DNA from: an uncultured Candidatus Rokubacteria bacterium
GTDB lineage: Bacteria > Methylomirabilota > Methylomirabilia > Rokubacteriales > DASRDR01
DNA length: 64,000 nucleotides
Reading direction: 5' to 3'
Assembly: GCA_963805625.1 (NCBI GenBank)
Contig: CAWDVE010000013.1
Coordinates: forward strand, 320,001-384,000
Shown here piece by piece: positions 37,210-47,422 of this stretch. The notes below the pieces were generated by a model, which did not search any database, was not told the DNA's origin, and saw nothing but the letters and a program-made list of their open reading frames with translations. Positions within the stretch are counted from its first letter, which is position 1; every line of letters starts with the position of its first letter. A program made the translations under genes and the position numbers.

Positions 37210-38772
37210 GTGGCAGATCACAACGATCCCAATGCGGTCAACTCGATCTTCTCCGACATCGACGTCAGCGCAGCCGACCTCTACGATCTCTTCGGATTCC
37301 CCAGCAATGACACGGCGGCCGCGGAACACGTTGTCATCGCCCTCACGTTCGCCTCGGTTCCGGGCACCGGGGTCTTCGACACCGACATGCTGTACAGGAT
37401 CCAGCTCCATGCCGCGCCGAGAGTCGCCCGCTCGGTCGACGACCACAGCCTCGAAGCCCTACTGAAGTACTTCGACTCCCTCAAGGAAAAATACCTGGGG
37501 GCGCGGAACACCTCGGAGATCCGGGTTACCGTGGATGCGGCCCGACGCGCCACCGTGAAATTCATCAACTTCCCAGGCGGCAGCTTTTCGACCGTCGTCG
37601 ATATCAACGAGGTCCTGACCATCCAGTCACCAACCCGCCACTCGATCAAGACGTTCATCGGCGGTCGCGATGATGCATTCTTCAACGATCTCACGGGATT
37701 CTTCCGCTCCATCAACTATGCGCCCCAGTTCTATCACGTGCCTCACACGATGACCGAGGCGCGGGAGCTGAACATTCCGAAGACCCTCCTCGAGCTGGAG
37801 GGCAACGACCTCTTCAATCACGACTCCGGCGACCCCGAATGGGGCTATGGGCTCAAGAAGGATCTGCCTCCGGGTCCCCATACCTGGAGCGGCACCAGGT
37901 TCCGGAAGGACGCCCGGGGCAACTTCCGGTTCGTCTACACCGGCAAGGACTGCCAGGCGGGAAAGAACGTCAACGCCATCATCCTCGAGATCCCCCTTGC
38001 CTTCATCACCGAATCTCCCGCCGAGAACCGGATCGTCAACACCTGGGGGGAGAGCTGGGTTCTCAAGGCCGCTCACAAGGTCGAGACGATCCCTGACGAC
38101 CCCCTCTGGCTAGAGCATCCCGCGACACTGCTCGACACCTTCCGACTCGACAAGGAGTTGAAGAAGTACAAGCTCGTCGACACCGACGGCCAGCCGTTCG
38201 CCGATGCGGGGCTGAGTGAGCGCGAGGACAGCCGGCAGCTCGGCGCCAACAACTTCTGGCTGGCGCCCCACTTCGTCAAGCGGCTGGCCCATCTCGGCTG
38301 GGGCTTCGGACCCTCCATTAGCGCCCTGGGTCTTCAGACCGCGTTCGACCACGACAACTCGTCAGTCTCGGTGCACCGGAAATACGCGTCCGTCCTGGAG
38401 GCGTTTCCACGGGTCACGAAGATCCTGTTCCAGGAGCTGAACATGCCCGACAACACGTGGAACACGAAGGGCCTCCCGATCACGCTCCGGCGTCCGTTCG
38501 AGATATTCGTTCCGAACGTCTGCGCCATCGACATGGACACGACCGGAACGTGGCCGTTTGGGCGACGCCTCGAAGACCAGGTGGCCACGAGGTTCCTGTC
38601 GCTGTTCCTCGACATGCAGGCTGAGTTCAAGGGCAAGAAGTACCACATCGACTTGCTCAACGACCAGTCCCTGTGGGATGGAGCGCCGATCGAGCCGAAG
38701 ACGCCGCCGAATCCGTTGAAGAACGACAAGGAGTTCTTGAACCACTTCCCGTATCTGGCAGAGCCGTGGTAG
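37210..38772 (+). CDS. DUF4331-like protein without signal peptide
   Basis: ADH.D..ADLYDLFGF, F.GGRDDAFF.D, G.NVNAI.LEIP, P.GRRL.D, NDK.F...FPYLA.P. Confidence 0.8.
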   Translation: MADHNDPNAVNSIFSDIDVSAADLYDLFGFPSNDTAAAEHVVIALTFASVPGTGVFDTDMLYRIQLHAAPRVARSVDDHSLEALLKYFDSLKEKYLGARNTSEIRVTVDAARRATVKFINFPGGSFSTVVDINEVLTIQSPTRHSIKTFIGGRDDAFFNDLTGFFRSINYAPQFYHVPHTMTEARELNIPKTLLELEGNDLFNHDSGDPEWGYGLKKDLPPGPHTWSGTRFRKDARGNFRFVYTGKDCQAGKNVNAIILEIPLAFITESPAENRIVNTWGESWVLKAAHKVETIPDDPLWLEHPATLLDTFRLDKELKKYKLVDTDGQPFADAGLSEREDSRQLGANNFWLAPHFVKRLAHLGWGFGPSISALGLQTAFDHDNSSVSVHRKYASVLEAFPRVTKILFQELNMPDNTWNTKGLPITLRRPFEIFVPNVCAIDMDTTGTWPFGRRLEDQVATRFLSLFLDMQAEFKGKKYHIDLLNDQSLWDGAPIEPKTPPNPLKNDKEFLNHFPYLAEPW

Positions 38773-38778
38773 CAGCCG

Positions 38779-39969
38779 ATGCACCTCGCGGCAGCGAGGG
38801 TCTCTGACTTCGAGATCGAGCTCGGACGGCTCGACCGGAATCTCGCCGAGCTCGGAAGCGACGCCCTCACCGCCGGCTCGCATACCGCCACGGCAACCAG
38901 ACACGCCTGGCTGCTCTATCAGCGCGCCTCGCTCACCGGTGACCTGGCCGGATGCGAGGCCGCTGGAGAGGCGGCCAGCCGCGCCATCGGGCGGATCGGC
39001 CCGGCTTGGGATCTCTGTCTTCTCAAGGCGACCGTGGATTTCACCCTTCACCGCATTGCCGATGCCAAGCGGGACCTGGAGGCGGCCGGCGGCCTCGGCG
39101 ACACCGTTCACGGCCGGGCATTACACGCGGACATCTGCTTCCAGGAAGGCCAGTACGCGTGCGCGCGAGACGGCTACGAAGGGGTGATTCGCGACGATCG
39201 GACGTGGGACAATCTCGCCCGTCTGGCCCACTTGAGAGTGACCATGGGCGACGCCGACGGCGCCGATCAGCTATACCTCGAGGCCGAGGACGAGCTCAGC
39301 GCGAAACAGATGCGGCAGTATGCGTGGGTGGAGCTGCAACGAGGCTTGCTGGACCTGCGACGTGGACGGCACGAGGACGCCGCGGAGCACTATCGACGGA
39401 GCGGTCGCGCGTATTCCGGGTATTGGCTGATCGACGACCACGCCGCCGAGCTCTTGGCCGCCCGGGGACGTCTCGAGGAGGCGGCCGGGCTGTATGAGAG
39501 CGTGATCGAGCGCGTGCCGAGACCGGAGCTCCAGCACGCGCTCGGCGACCTGTATGCGCTGATGGGAAAGCTTGAACAGGCGCGAAGGTGGCACGATCGG
39601 GCGCTCGCCGGGTACCTGGAGTCGACGCGCCGCGGCGGCGTTCACTACTATCATCACCTCGCGGATTTCTACGCCGATGTCCTGGACAACGGCGCGGAGG
39701 CGGTCAAGTGGGCGCGCCGCGATGTCGCGCTGCGCCGGAACTTCGCGACCGAGGCGGCGCTGGCGTGGGCGCTACACACGAGCGGCCAGCCGTCCGAGGC
39801 GCTCGACACGATGAGTCAAGCTCTCTCGTCGGGAGTGAGAGACGCCCACCTCTTCAGTCGGGCCGGACGGATCCACCTGGCTCTGGGAAGGGTCGCCGAG
39901 GGCGGGCGGTACTTGCGGATGGCGGCCGATCTCAACCCCCATCATGAGAGCTTTCATGTCCATCGCTGA
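38779..39969 (+). CDS. TPR protein (paralog of 62730-63989)
   Basis: Helical repeats; shared TWDNLARLA, AYSGYWL, YYHHLA.FYADV, LNP..E.FH.H. Confidence 0.88.
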   Translation: MHLAAARVSDFEIELGRLDRNLAELGSDALTAGSHTATATRHAWLLYQRASLTGDLAGCEAAGEAASRAIGRIGPAWDLCLLKATVDFTLHRIADAKRDLEAAGGLGDTVHGRALHADICFQEGQYACARDGYEGVIRDDRTWDNLARLAHLRVTMGDADGADQLYLEAEDELSAKQMRQYAWVELQRGLLDLRRGRHEDAAEHYRRSGRAYSGYWLIDDHAAELLAARGRLEEAAGLYESVIERVPRPELQHALGDLYALMGKLEQARRWHDRALAGYLESTRRGGVHYYHHLADFYADVLDNGAEAVKWARRDVALRRNFATEAALAWALHTSGQPSEALDTMSQALSSGVRDAHLFSRAGRIHLALGRVAEGGRYLRMAADLNPHHESFHVHR

Positions 39970-39973
39970 CGTG

Positions 39974-40048
39974 ATGGGCGCGGGCAGCGACGAGGACTAC
40001 TTCCGCGAGATGGAGGACGGCGTCGGTCTCACTCCGGGTCGGAACACC
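39974..40048 (+). pseudogene. Possible remnant of a gene homologous to 57596-60304
   Basis: GSDEDYFREMEDGVGLTPGRNT resembles GSDSDYLRAMDRGL...GRNN. Confidence 0.45.
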
Positions 40049-40398
40049 TTAACGAGCCTCGTGAAATACGATGACGGCACTCCCAGGAGGCGGACGCACG
40101 ATGTGCTCCCTACACCGGCCCACGTGCCGGCCCACGTGCCGGTTGACGGCGGCGGTGTGGCGGCATAGCATGCCACTAGTCGGGCGCGGTTGGCGCGCGC
40201 GGAGGCTGTCATGTGCGCGGTGTCTACGCCTTCAGTCTGCGGGGCTCGGCAGCGCTGGCGCAGCTGAATGACCGTTGTCGTCGAAGGTGATGCGCACGAC
40301 TGGCGCGCGGCTCTTGCTACTCAGCCCGGAACTCACATGTCTCCACCTGGTCGGGTTCATCGCGACAAGAGTTAGTCCCCCTCGATGAAGGAGCGGAC

Positions 40399-41445
40399 AT
40401 GGCAAAGAAAAAGTCCGCCACAACGACTGCAGCGGCGCCGCCTCCCGAAGGAAGCTTCATCTTTCGAGGGACGGTGCAGCGAGCCAAGGACTCCACGGTT
40501 CCTGACATAACGCCGAACGCACGCACCTGTGTCGTTCGAATAGACGAGGTCATCGCGGCGCCGCCGGCACTGGCCCGCATGGCCGGACGCGAGGTGACCG
40601 TCATTGGCACGAGGCCGATGAAACAGGGCGAGCAAGCCATGTTTCACACCGGCAGCGTGAGCTTTGGACAGGAAGTGGCGGTGCGCGCGGTGCAAACGGA
40701 ACCATTAGCAGCGGGTGCATCCTCGAAAGGATTCACTGCCGCACGCGCCGCGGCTGCGCCGTTGGCAGCGACCTCCACCGCCGCCGTCGATCCCGTTCAG
40801 GCCCATCGCGACTTGCTGCTGAAGCGCAGTCTGGACAGCGCGGATGTAGTCGTGGCCGGAACCATCGTCCAAGTGAGAATGGCACCTGAAACGCAGGCAC
40901 TTGCTTCGCCTGCCACGAGCGCCACCGGGGTGCGCCTTTCGGCGGCTCGGCGTCGCCTGGCCGCGGGTCCGGCGCCCGGCGCTTCAACACGCCTGCCACG
41001 CATCACCGAGCACGACCCGCTCTGGCACGAGGCCGTCGTCAACGTCGAAAGTGTTGAGAAAGGATCGACCGGCCAGAAGCAGATTGTCGTTCGGTTCCCC
41101 GGTAGCAACGACGTCCGCTGGCGGAATCACCCAAAGCTCCGTCCCGGTCAACAGGGCGTGTTCTTGCTCAGCGAGCCTGCCGAGGCAGGCCCTGGCGATC
41201 GCGCGCTGTCAGCACGCCGTCGCGCGGGTGTTACGCGTCTGACAACCATGGCCACACCCTTGGCCCAGAGTGGAGCCCTCCAGGCGATGACCGACCCTCA
41301 GCCCATCGTCGCCATCGATAGAGTCCGACAGTTGCTGAATCAGCCTTCGCCGGCCGCGCGGGTGACAACGGGCTCGCCCAGGGGCCCCGTCCGAGCATCA
41401 AGATCCCGAAAAACACCGCGAAAGCGCCGTTCGAAGAAGGGCTGA
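40399..41445 (+). CDS. Hypothetical protein with two putative beta/OB-like domains and basic termini
   Basis: AAGGAG RBS; FIFRGTV.. and ADVVVAGTI.. repeats; EHDPLWHEAVV. Confidence 0.75.
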   Translation: MAKKKSATTTAAAPPPEGSFIFRGTVQRAKDSTVPDITPNARTCVVRIDEVIAAPPALARMAGREVTVIGTRPMKQGEQAMFHTGSVSFGQEVAVRAVQTEPLAAGASSKGFTAARAAAAPLAATSTAAVDPVQAHRDLLLKRSLDSADVVVAGTIVQVRMAPETQALASPATSATGVRLSAARRRLAAGPAPGASTRLPRITEHDPLWHEAVVNVESVEKGSTGQKQIVVRFPGSNDVRWRNHPKLRPGQQGVFLLSEPAEAGPGDRALSARRRAGVTRLTTMATPLAQSGALQAMTDPQPIVAIDRVRQLLNQPSPAARVTTGSPRGPVRASRSRKTPRKRRSKKG

Positions 41446-41476
41446 TCACTCGAGATCACCGGCAGGAGATAACGTC

Positions 41477-42988
41477 ATGCCAAGCGGCAAGAAAGTGATC
41501 GGTCGATCGGCAGCGAAACGGGGGCGCACGCGAGCAGGCAACCGTGCCGCACCGCAACACGGGCGACGAGGCAGGGCAGGCACGTTGCCGGGAGGTGGCC
41601 AGCTGTTGCTCGTGAACATGATCCCTCGATCGCTCAGTGACGAGACCAATCAGGATAGCGAGCCGTCGCTTGCGGTGAACCCGCAGAACACAGATCAGAT
41701 TGTAGGCACCGCCTTCACGCCCGATCCTCTGGGTGGCAATCTGGCCCCAGTGTTCATTTCCACCGACGGCGGCAGCACGTGGCGACTGAGTTCTATCGTG
41801 CCCAGCCAGACGCAGACCGGCGATATCTACGTGGGGTTCGGGCCGAGCGGCCAGCTGTACGCCGGCATCCTACGCTTCCCCTCGCCAGTCAACGATATCC
41901 GCATGAACATCTTGCGGACGACCGACGTCCAGTCGGCAACCCCGATGACCGTCCTCGTCGATCGACTTGGCGCCGATCAGCCATTCTTGCAGACTCGGCA
42001 AGAACAGACCGGCGGAAACGCCGGGTCGCAGGATCGTGTCTATGTCGGCAGCAACGATTTTGCCGTGCCGCAGAGCACATCGACGATCGACTTTTCGCTG
42101 AACGCCAGAGCCGCCCACGCTGTTTTCAAGAACGCGCGGATCGATAGGCGCCCCAACACCATGCAGAACGGTCCTCAAGTCAGGCCGGCCTGCCATCCCA
42201 ACGGTCGGGTCTATCTCGCGTTCATGCGCTGGACCGCGCAGCAAGGCAACTGGCCGGCCAACACGCTCGTTGTCACCGGCGATCTGATTGTCGTCCGCGA
42301 CGACAGTGGTGGCAACGATGCGCCGCCCTTCACCAGCTTGCGCGATCCCGTCGACCACCAGCCCGGCGTGCGTGTTGTCCAGGCGATCACGTTTCCCTTC
42401 CACCATGATGAGAGCGGCGTGCCCGGGCAGCAGCGATTGGGCGGCGACGTCGCCATCGCGGTCGATCCCACAGACGAGGACATCGTATACGTGGCATTCG
42501 CTTCGCTCGAACAGTCTGGGTATACCGTCCGCGTGCGGCGGTCCACCGACGGTGGCCTGACGTGGTCGGATGATCTCCGGCGGCTTCCGCGTGCGACCAA
42601 TCCGGCCTTGGCCGTCAACACCGATGGCACAGTCGGCCTGCTTTTTCAACAGCTCACCGGAGTCAGTGCCCTTCGCTGGGTCACGCAGTTCGCACGGTCG
42701 TCCAACGGCGGTACGGACTGGACCTCATTCGTCCTCGCCGACACTCCGGCCAATCAGCCGGTGGCGGACTTCAGCCCGTATCTCGGAGACTACGACTGCG
42801 TGCTCGCAGTGGGGAAGGATTTCTGCGGGATCTTCTCGGCCAGCAATGCGCCCGATCCCGCGCATTTCCCCAATGGCGTGATCTATCAGCGCAACGCCGA
42901 TTTCGCGTCCCGCCGGCTGCTGGGCGTCGACGGTTCGACGACAGTCGCCCGGTCGATCGATCCGTTCTTCTTCCGTGTGAGCGAATAA
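41477..42988 (+). CDS. Sialidase-like Asp-box (BNR) beta-propeller protein
   Basis: EPSLAVNP, STDGGSTW, STDGGLTW, SSNGGTDW, YLGDY. Confidence 0.82.
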   Translation: MPSGKKVIGRSAAKRGRTRAGNRAAPQHGRRGRAGTLPGGGQLLLVNMIPRSLSDETNQDSEPSLAVNPQNTDQIVGTAFTPDPLGGNLAPVFISTDGGSTWRLSSIVPSQTQTGDIYVGFGPSGQLYAGILRFPSPVNDIRMNILRTTDVQSATPMTVLVDRLGADQPFLQTRQEQTGGNAGSQDRVYVGSNDFAVPQSTSTIDFSLNARAAHAVFKNARIDRRPNTMQNGPQVRPACHPNGRVYLAFMRWTAQQGNWPANTLVVTGDLIVVRDDSGGNDAPPFTSLRDPVDHQPGVRVVQAITFPFHHDESGVPGQQRLGGDVAIAVDPTDEDIVYVAFASLEQSGYTVRVRRSTDGGLTWSDDLRRLPRATNPALAVNTDGTVGLLFQQLTGVSALRWVTQFARSSNGGTDWTSFVLADTPANQPVADFSPYLGDYDCVLAVGKDFCGIFSASNAPDPAHFPNGVIYQRNADFASRRLLGVDGSTTVARSIDPFFFRVSE

Positions 42989-43415
42989 AGCGTCCCGACG
43001 CCTCCGAATCCGTTCGTCCTTGCCGCCCAGCTGACTGGCGGACGATCCTGGGACCGTCCTCCTCACCGCTGTACACGAGCAGTTCAGGGTCGAGCGTCGC
43101 TGGGATCCCGGTCGGTCGCCGCACCTCGTTGACGGCGGATCCGGTCTCATTCCCCGTAGCAGCGGAGCACGCCGAGTCGCAGTCCACGAGCCGTGAGATC
43201 CGCGAGCACTCCCCGAATGACCCGAATGAATGGAAACGCGTCGCCGACCAGCCGTCGCGGATGGCCACCGATCACCGCGTGCCGTGCGTGTCTCCAGGCC
43301 GACGAACCGCGACATCGGTACCCGCCACGGCTACCGCTCTGGGAGGACCTCGCGATCTCCTTGGCATTCCGTGGTCTCGCCTCTGCGGAGAGCGCGGAGT
43401 GAGACCATGGCGACC

Positions 43416-44537
43416 TCACTCGACCGCTCGGGTCACGCTTCCCGCCATGATCAGCCGATACTGCCGCGGGCTCGTCCCGACCATGCGCCGGAACACCCGG
43501 CACAGGTGCGCGGCGTCACTGAATCCCACGAGCTCGGCGATCGCCTCGACCGACTTGCCCTCGCCCGACCCGTAAGACTCCTTCACCAGCTCCACGCGCA
43601 CGCTCCTCACGAATCGCCGCCAGGTCATCCCGAGCTCCTGCTGCACCAGGCGGACGAGGTACCCTCGCGCAGTGCCGAGCGACGCCGCGATCTCGCCGAG
43701 TGAGCACCGCCCCTGGTAGTGCTCGCGAACGTGCTCGATGGCGTAGGCCACCTGAGGACTGAACCTCAGGGTCGCGAGATTCAGGCCGGCGATGGTCGTG
43801 GCGATCCGGGAGGCCAGCTCATGCAGTCGAAAGGGCCGCTGAAAGATGGCCACGATCCGTCGTGGGTCGACGTGAAGGGCACCGGCCGACCCCGCCTGCT
43901 GCGCGACGAGAATGACTCTGGAGCCGCCTTCGTCCAGGCCACCGAGGCCCCGACACAGATTGGCATACTGCGTCCAGCCTCCCTGGTCGAGACGCTCCCA
44001 CAGCACCATGAGCATCGGCGCGTGGCCGCTGACGAGCTGTCGGGCGGACTCCGCATCCGGGACCGACAGCACGCGACCTCGGTTCCTCAACAGCACCCGT
44101 AGCACAGCCGACTCACCACGATCTCCGCCCACCAGGAGAACCTCGCGTGATGGCCGGATCGGGACAGCCGTCGCCTCGTGAATCGACCCCAGGAGATCGC
44201 GCAGGTCGAAGGGCTTCACGAAAAAATCCGAGGCGCCGCTCTTCATGCAGTCGACCGCGACGCGCAGGTTGTGCTGGCCCGTCAGCACGATCACGGGAAT
44301 AGGCCCCTGAAGGGGCTCGACCTTCCGGAGTAGCTCGCGGCCGTCCATGTCCGGCAGCCCCAGGTCGAGGAGCATCAGATGAACCGTCCGCGAGGAAAGC
44401 ACGGACAATGCCTCTCTTCCATTGACGGCAAGCCGCAGCTGATAAGTGTCCTCGAGGACATTCGCGAGGAACTCCCGCACACCGGGATCATCCTCGACGA
44501 TGAGAACCGTAGCGGGGGAAACCGCCTGAGACTGCAT
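43416..44537 (-). CDS. Response regulator: REC, degenerate REC and AraC HTH
   Basis: VLIVEDD, LLDLGLPDMDG, KPF; IAELVGFSDAAH..R.F....G.SP.QYR. Confidence 0.9.
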   Translation of the reverse strand: MQSQAVSPATVLIVEDDPGVREFLANVLEDTYQLRLAVNGREALSVLSSRTVHLMLLDLGLPDMDGRELLRKVEPLQGPIPVIVLTGQHNLRVAVDCMKSGASDFFVKPFDLRDLLGSIHEATAVPIRPSREVLLVGGDRGESAVLRVLLRNRGRVLSVPDAESARQLVSGHAPMLMVLWERLDQGGWTQYANLCRGLGGLDEGGSRVILVAQQAGSAGALHVDPRRIVAIFQRPFRLHELASRIATTIAGLNLATLRFSPQVAYAIEHVREHYQGRCSLGEIAASLGTARGYLVRLVQQELGMTWRRFVRSVRVELVKESYGSGEGKSVEAIAELVGFSDAAHLCRVFRRMVGTSPRQYRLIMAGSVTRAVE

Positions 44538-44854
44538 CAAGTACTCCGCCGCAGACACCAGCCCTGCGGACATCGAGTCGAGGGTCGACTCTGGTTAATG
44601 GCTATCGCACGGAACGTGACCTGTCAAGGGGCCAGTCCTTCCAATGCGCGTTGCGGGACCCGGTCGCGGGGTCGCCGTCCCCAGGGAAGGGACATGCGTT
44701 CAAGAAAATCTCACTTCCATCTCTTGTCAGCTCGGAGCCCGGGGTTCCAACATGCAGCAAGGGGGATCCTGGAGAGGAGGAAAGGCAGTCGGGACGAGCC
44801 AAGATCTGGGTAGGCCGAGTGACACGCCGATGCGTCAGCCGGAAGGAGTGTCCT

Positions 44855-45184
44855 ATGGCACAGCAAGACGAGGCCTTCGTCCGAGCCACTGGTGAAGCAA
44901 ACGAAGTCTTCGAGAAGATTGGGAAGGCGGTCGAGGAGAAGGTCAAGCAGCACGCCCGTGAGGTGAACGTCCTCGAGATCGCGCGATCGTCGGGCCTCGA
45001 GCTGACTGAGGGGTCGCTGACCGAGCTACAGATCCCGACGGTCATCCCCGTCCACCCGTTCATTCCCTGGCATCACTGGTTCCCGTGGCGACCGCTCTGG
45101 TGCTGGTGGTGGCATTTCCGGTACCCGTGGTACCGCTGCTGCCCGTACTGGTGGTACCGATGCCACTGGTATCCATGGCACTAG
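44855..45184 (+). CDS. 109-aa protein with a helical leader-like N-terminus and a Trp/Cys/His/Tyr-rich C-terminal tail
   Basis: AAGGAG RBS; the last 38 aa contain 12 W, 4 C, 5 H, 5 Y, 5 P. Confidence 0.8.
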   Translation: MAQQDEAFVRATGEANEVFEKIGKAVEEKVKQHAREVNVLEIARSSGLELTEGSLTELQIPTVIPVHPFIPWHHWFPWRPLWCWWWHFRYPWYRCCPYWWYRCHWYPWH

Positions 45185-45216
45185 CCCTTTGACCCGAGAC
45201 CCCATCGATGAGGACC

Positions 45217-45260
45217 CAGCGGGGCTGCCGGCCTCTGAGCGCCGGTGGCCCCGCTGATTT
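45217..45260 (+). terminator. 16-bp hairpin (two G-U pairs) after the Trp-rich gene
   Basis: CAGCGGGGCTGCCGGC-8 nt-GCCGGTGGCCCCGCTG followed by ATTT. Confidence 0.6.
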
Positions 45261-45394
45261 GAACGGGACGCCAGCGGTCGAGCGCGATCGCAAGGTGCCC
45301 TTCCTCGTCGCCGATCCGATGATCCCGGGATTCTCGAGGCTGCGCGCGTCCCTCTGGCGTCTCGCTCACATCCCACTGTCAAGGAGACATCCCC

Positions 45395-47422
45395 ATGCCT
45401 GAGGCGGGCAAGGCTCGAACGACAAAGTCCCACGCACACCCCAAGCCCGACCTCCCGCCCGACGAGCGCGTGCTCACGCGCCGTCAGGCCGAGTATCTCG
45501 CGGAGACGGCGCAGCTGGAGCTGAGGCAGCTCGAAGGACGCCACCTCCGGGAGCTCGATGAGCTGCTCAAGTTTCGTATCGACCCCACGCTCCTCTTCTT
45601 TCGCAAGGTCTGTGGCCGGGTCGTCCGCAAGGACCCGCTCACGGGCATTCTCTATGGCGTGCCCAACGCCACCGTCTACGTCGAGGACACGGACTGCTCG
45701 TTCCTCGGCTTCTTCCCGGTCGAACACCCCTGGTGGTGGCTCTGGCCGATCGTGTGCCACCGCGAGGTCATCGCCACGGCGCACACCGACGCCTGTGGGA
45801 ACTTCTGCGTCTTCATTCCGCGGTGGGACATCGACCGCATCCTCCGCCTCCGCCGGAAGCGCATCTGCTACCCGGACATCTTCCGTCCGAGCATCCGGGA
45901 CCTGATCCCGGAGCTGGTATTGCGGCCCCGCCCGGTGGACCCCAACCCGCCCGACCCGCCGCCGTTCAATCCCGACATCATCGAGCGCATCGCGCAGATC
46001 GCCGCCCTCGGCGGCCCCGACACGGCGCAGTCGGTCCTCCGGTTGCGTGCCGGCGCCAGCTTCGGAGACGACATCTCGGTGCTCGAGGACGTGCTGGATC
46101 GTCCCGCCTTCGCGGAGCCCCTGCCGCCCCCCCTGAGCGAGGAGGCAGTGAAGCGCCTCGAGCAGATCGAGCTGGCCCCCGGGCGTGACGAGGCGGCGAA
46201 GGCGCCGACGGCGGCTGGCCTCACCAGCATCCTCGCCGAACGCGTCCTCGGCCCGTTCATCCGCTGTCACGACATCATCGTCGCCGAGTGGCAGACGATC
46301 GTGGACATTCCCGACATCACCTTCCGCGTCGAGCAAGACACCGACGGGGACGGCGACGAGGAGGTGATCCACAGCGAGAGTTTCTTCGACGTGCGCTGGA
46401 ACGCTGGCTACATCGGGCCCGTCACCCTCTACGCCAACGCCAGCGCGCTCATCTCGCACGTCTGCCAGGGCCCGTCCATCCCCTGCGTGAATGTGCCCTC
46501 GATCAACACCGTCGGGCTGATGCCGCTGATCGCGACGCACCACAACAACGCCACGGGCTACGCCACCCGCGTCAACCGGCCGCGGCCGCTTGGGCTCTCC
46601 TCGAACCCCCAGGTCAGCCCCGGCCAGGCACCCTACGCCGGGACCCTTCAGCTGCACGGCTGCCACCACATCACCAACGGCGTCTTCTACCGGCTGCTCT
46701 ACAGCTTCAACGGCAACGCCGAGGTCCCGTTCCTGGGCCTCGAGTGGTATGCCCCGCGCCTGGGCGGGGGGGCGCCGATCCACTTCGTGCCCGACAACCA
46801 GGGCTGGTACCCGATTGTCCCGGCCGCGCAGCTCGTCTTCCCCCACTGGCTGCTGAACTGGCCGACGAGCGCGGGTGGCACCTACGACATTCGCCTCCAG
46901 ATCGGCGATGGGGCGAAGAACCCGGTGGGCGCCCCGAGCGCGGTGGTGAAGATGCGCATCGACAACAGCCCGCCCAACGTCGGCTTCGTCGAGCTTCGCT
47001 GGCGGCCGGTGGCCGGCGCGTACCTGCCGCAGAACACCTACTTTTCGCCGTTCACCTGCATCGTCATCCAACGCCCGCCAGTCGACATCGAAGTGGAAGT
47101 GCGCTGGTTCGCCAGCGCGACGCACTTCCGTAACGCCTTCCTGAGCGGCTCCGGCTGTGGCGGCGGCAACCCGGTCCCGCAGCCGCCTCCCTCGAACTTC
47201 GACCACTGGCACCAGAACTTCGGTGACAACGCCGTCTTCCGGATCGCGAGCTTCGTCGTCCCGGCCGGCGTCCCTCAGGGGGCCTACGGCTTCCGCGTGG
47301 ACGCCTGGGGCCGCGCCTTCAATGCCGCCGGCGACGGCGGCGGTCCGGCCACCAACTGGCTGACCAACTACAACTACTCCTACAACGCCGTCCACCTCCC
47401 GGTCGCGATCATCGACGCCTGA
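45395..47422 (+). CDS. Large hypothetical protein with a carboxypeptidase-regulatory/transthyretin-like beta-sandwich
   Basis: AAGGAG RBS; CGRVV...GVP.ATV.VED.D..ATA.TD.CG.F; PDI.FRV.Q; Cys/Trp-rich. Confidence 0.8.
   Translation: MPEAGKARTTKSHAHPKPDLPPDERVLTRRQAEYLAETAQLELRQLEGRHLRELDELLKFRIDPTLLFFRKVCGRVVRKDPLTGILYGVPNATVYVEDTDCSFLGFFPVEHPWWWLWPIVCHREVIATAHTDACGNFCVFIPRWDIDRILRLRRKRICYPDIFRPSIRDLIPELVLRPRPVDPNPPDPPPFNPDIIERIAQIAALGGPDTAQSVLRLRAGASFGDDISVLEDVLDRPAFAEPLPPPLSEEAVKRLEQIELAPGRDEAAKAPTAAGLTSILAERVLGPFIRCHDIIVAEWQTIVDIPDITFRVEQDTDGDGDEEVIHSESFFDVRWNAGYIGPVTLYANASALISHVCQGPSIPCVNVPSINTVGLMPLIATHHNNATGYATRVNRPRPLGLSSNPQVSPGQAPYAGTLQLHGCHHITNGVFYRLLYSFNGNAEVPFLGLEWYAPRLGGGAPIHFVPDNQGWYPIVPAAQLVFPHWLLNWPTSAGGTYDIRLQIGDGAKNPVGAPSAVVKMRIDNSPPNVGFVELRWRPVAGAYLPQNTYFSPFTCIVIQRPPVDIEVEVRWFASATHFRNAFLSGSGCGGGNPVPQPPPSNFDHWHQNFGDNAVFRIASFVVPAGVPQGAYGFRVDAWGRAFNAAGDGGGPATNWLTNYNYSYNAVHLPVAIIDA

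Noticed and set aside
44599-44627. TTGACA-17-TAGCCA promoter for the response regulator (- strand)
   Set aside because: The -10 lacks the conserved final T; too weak to call
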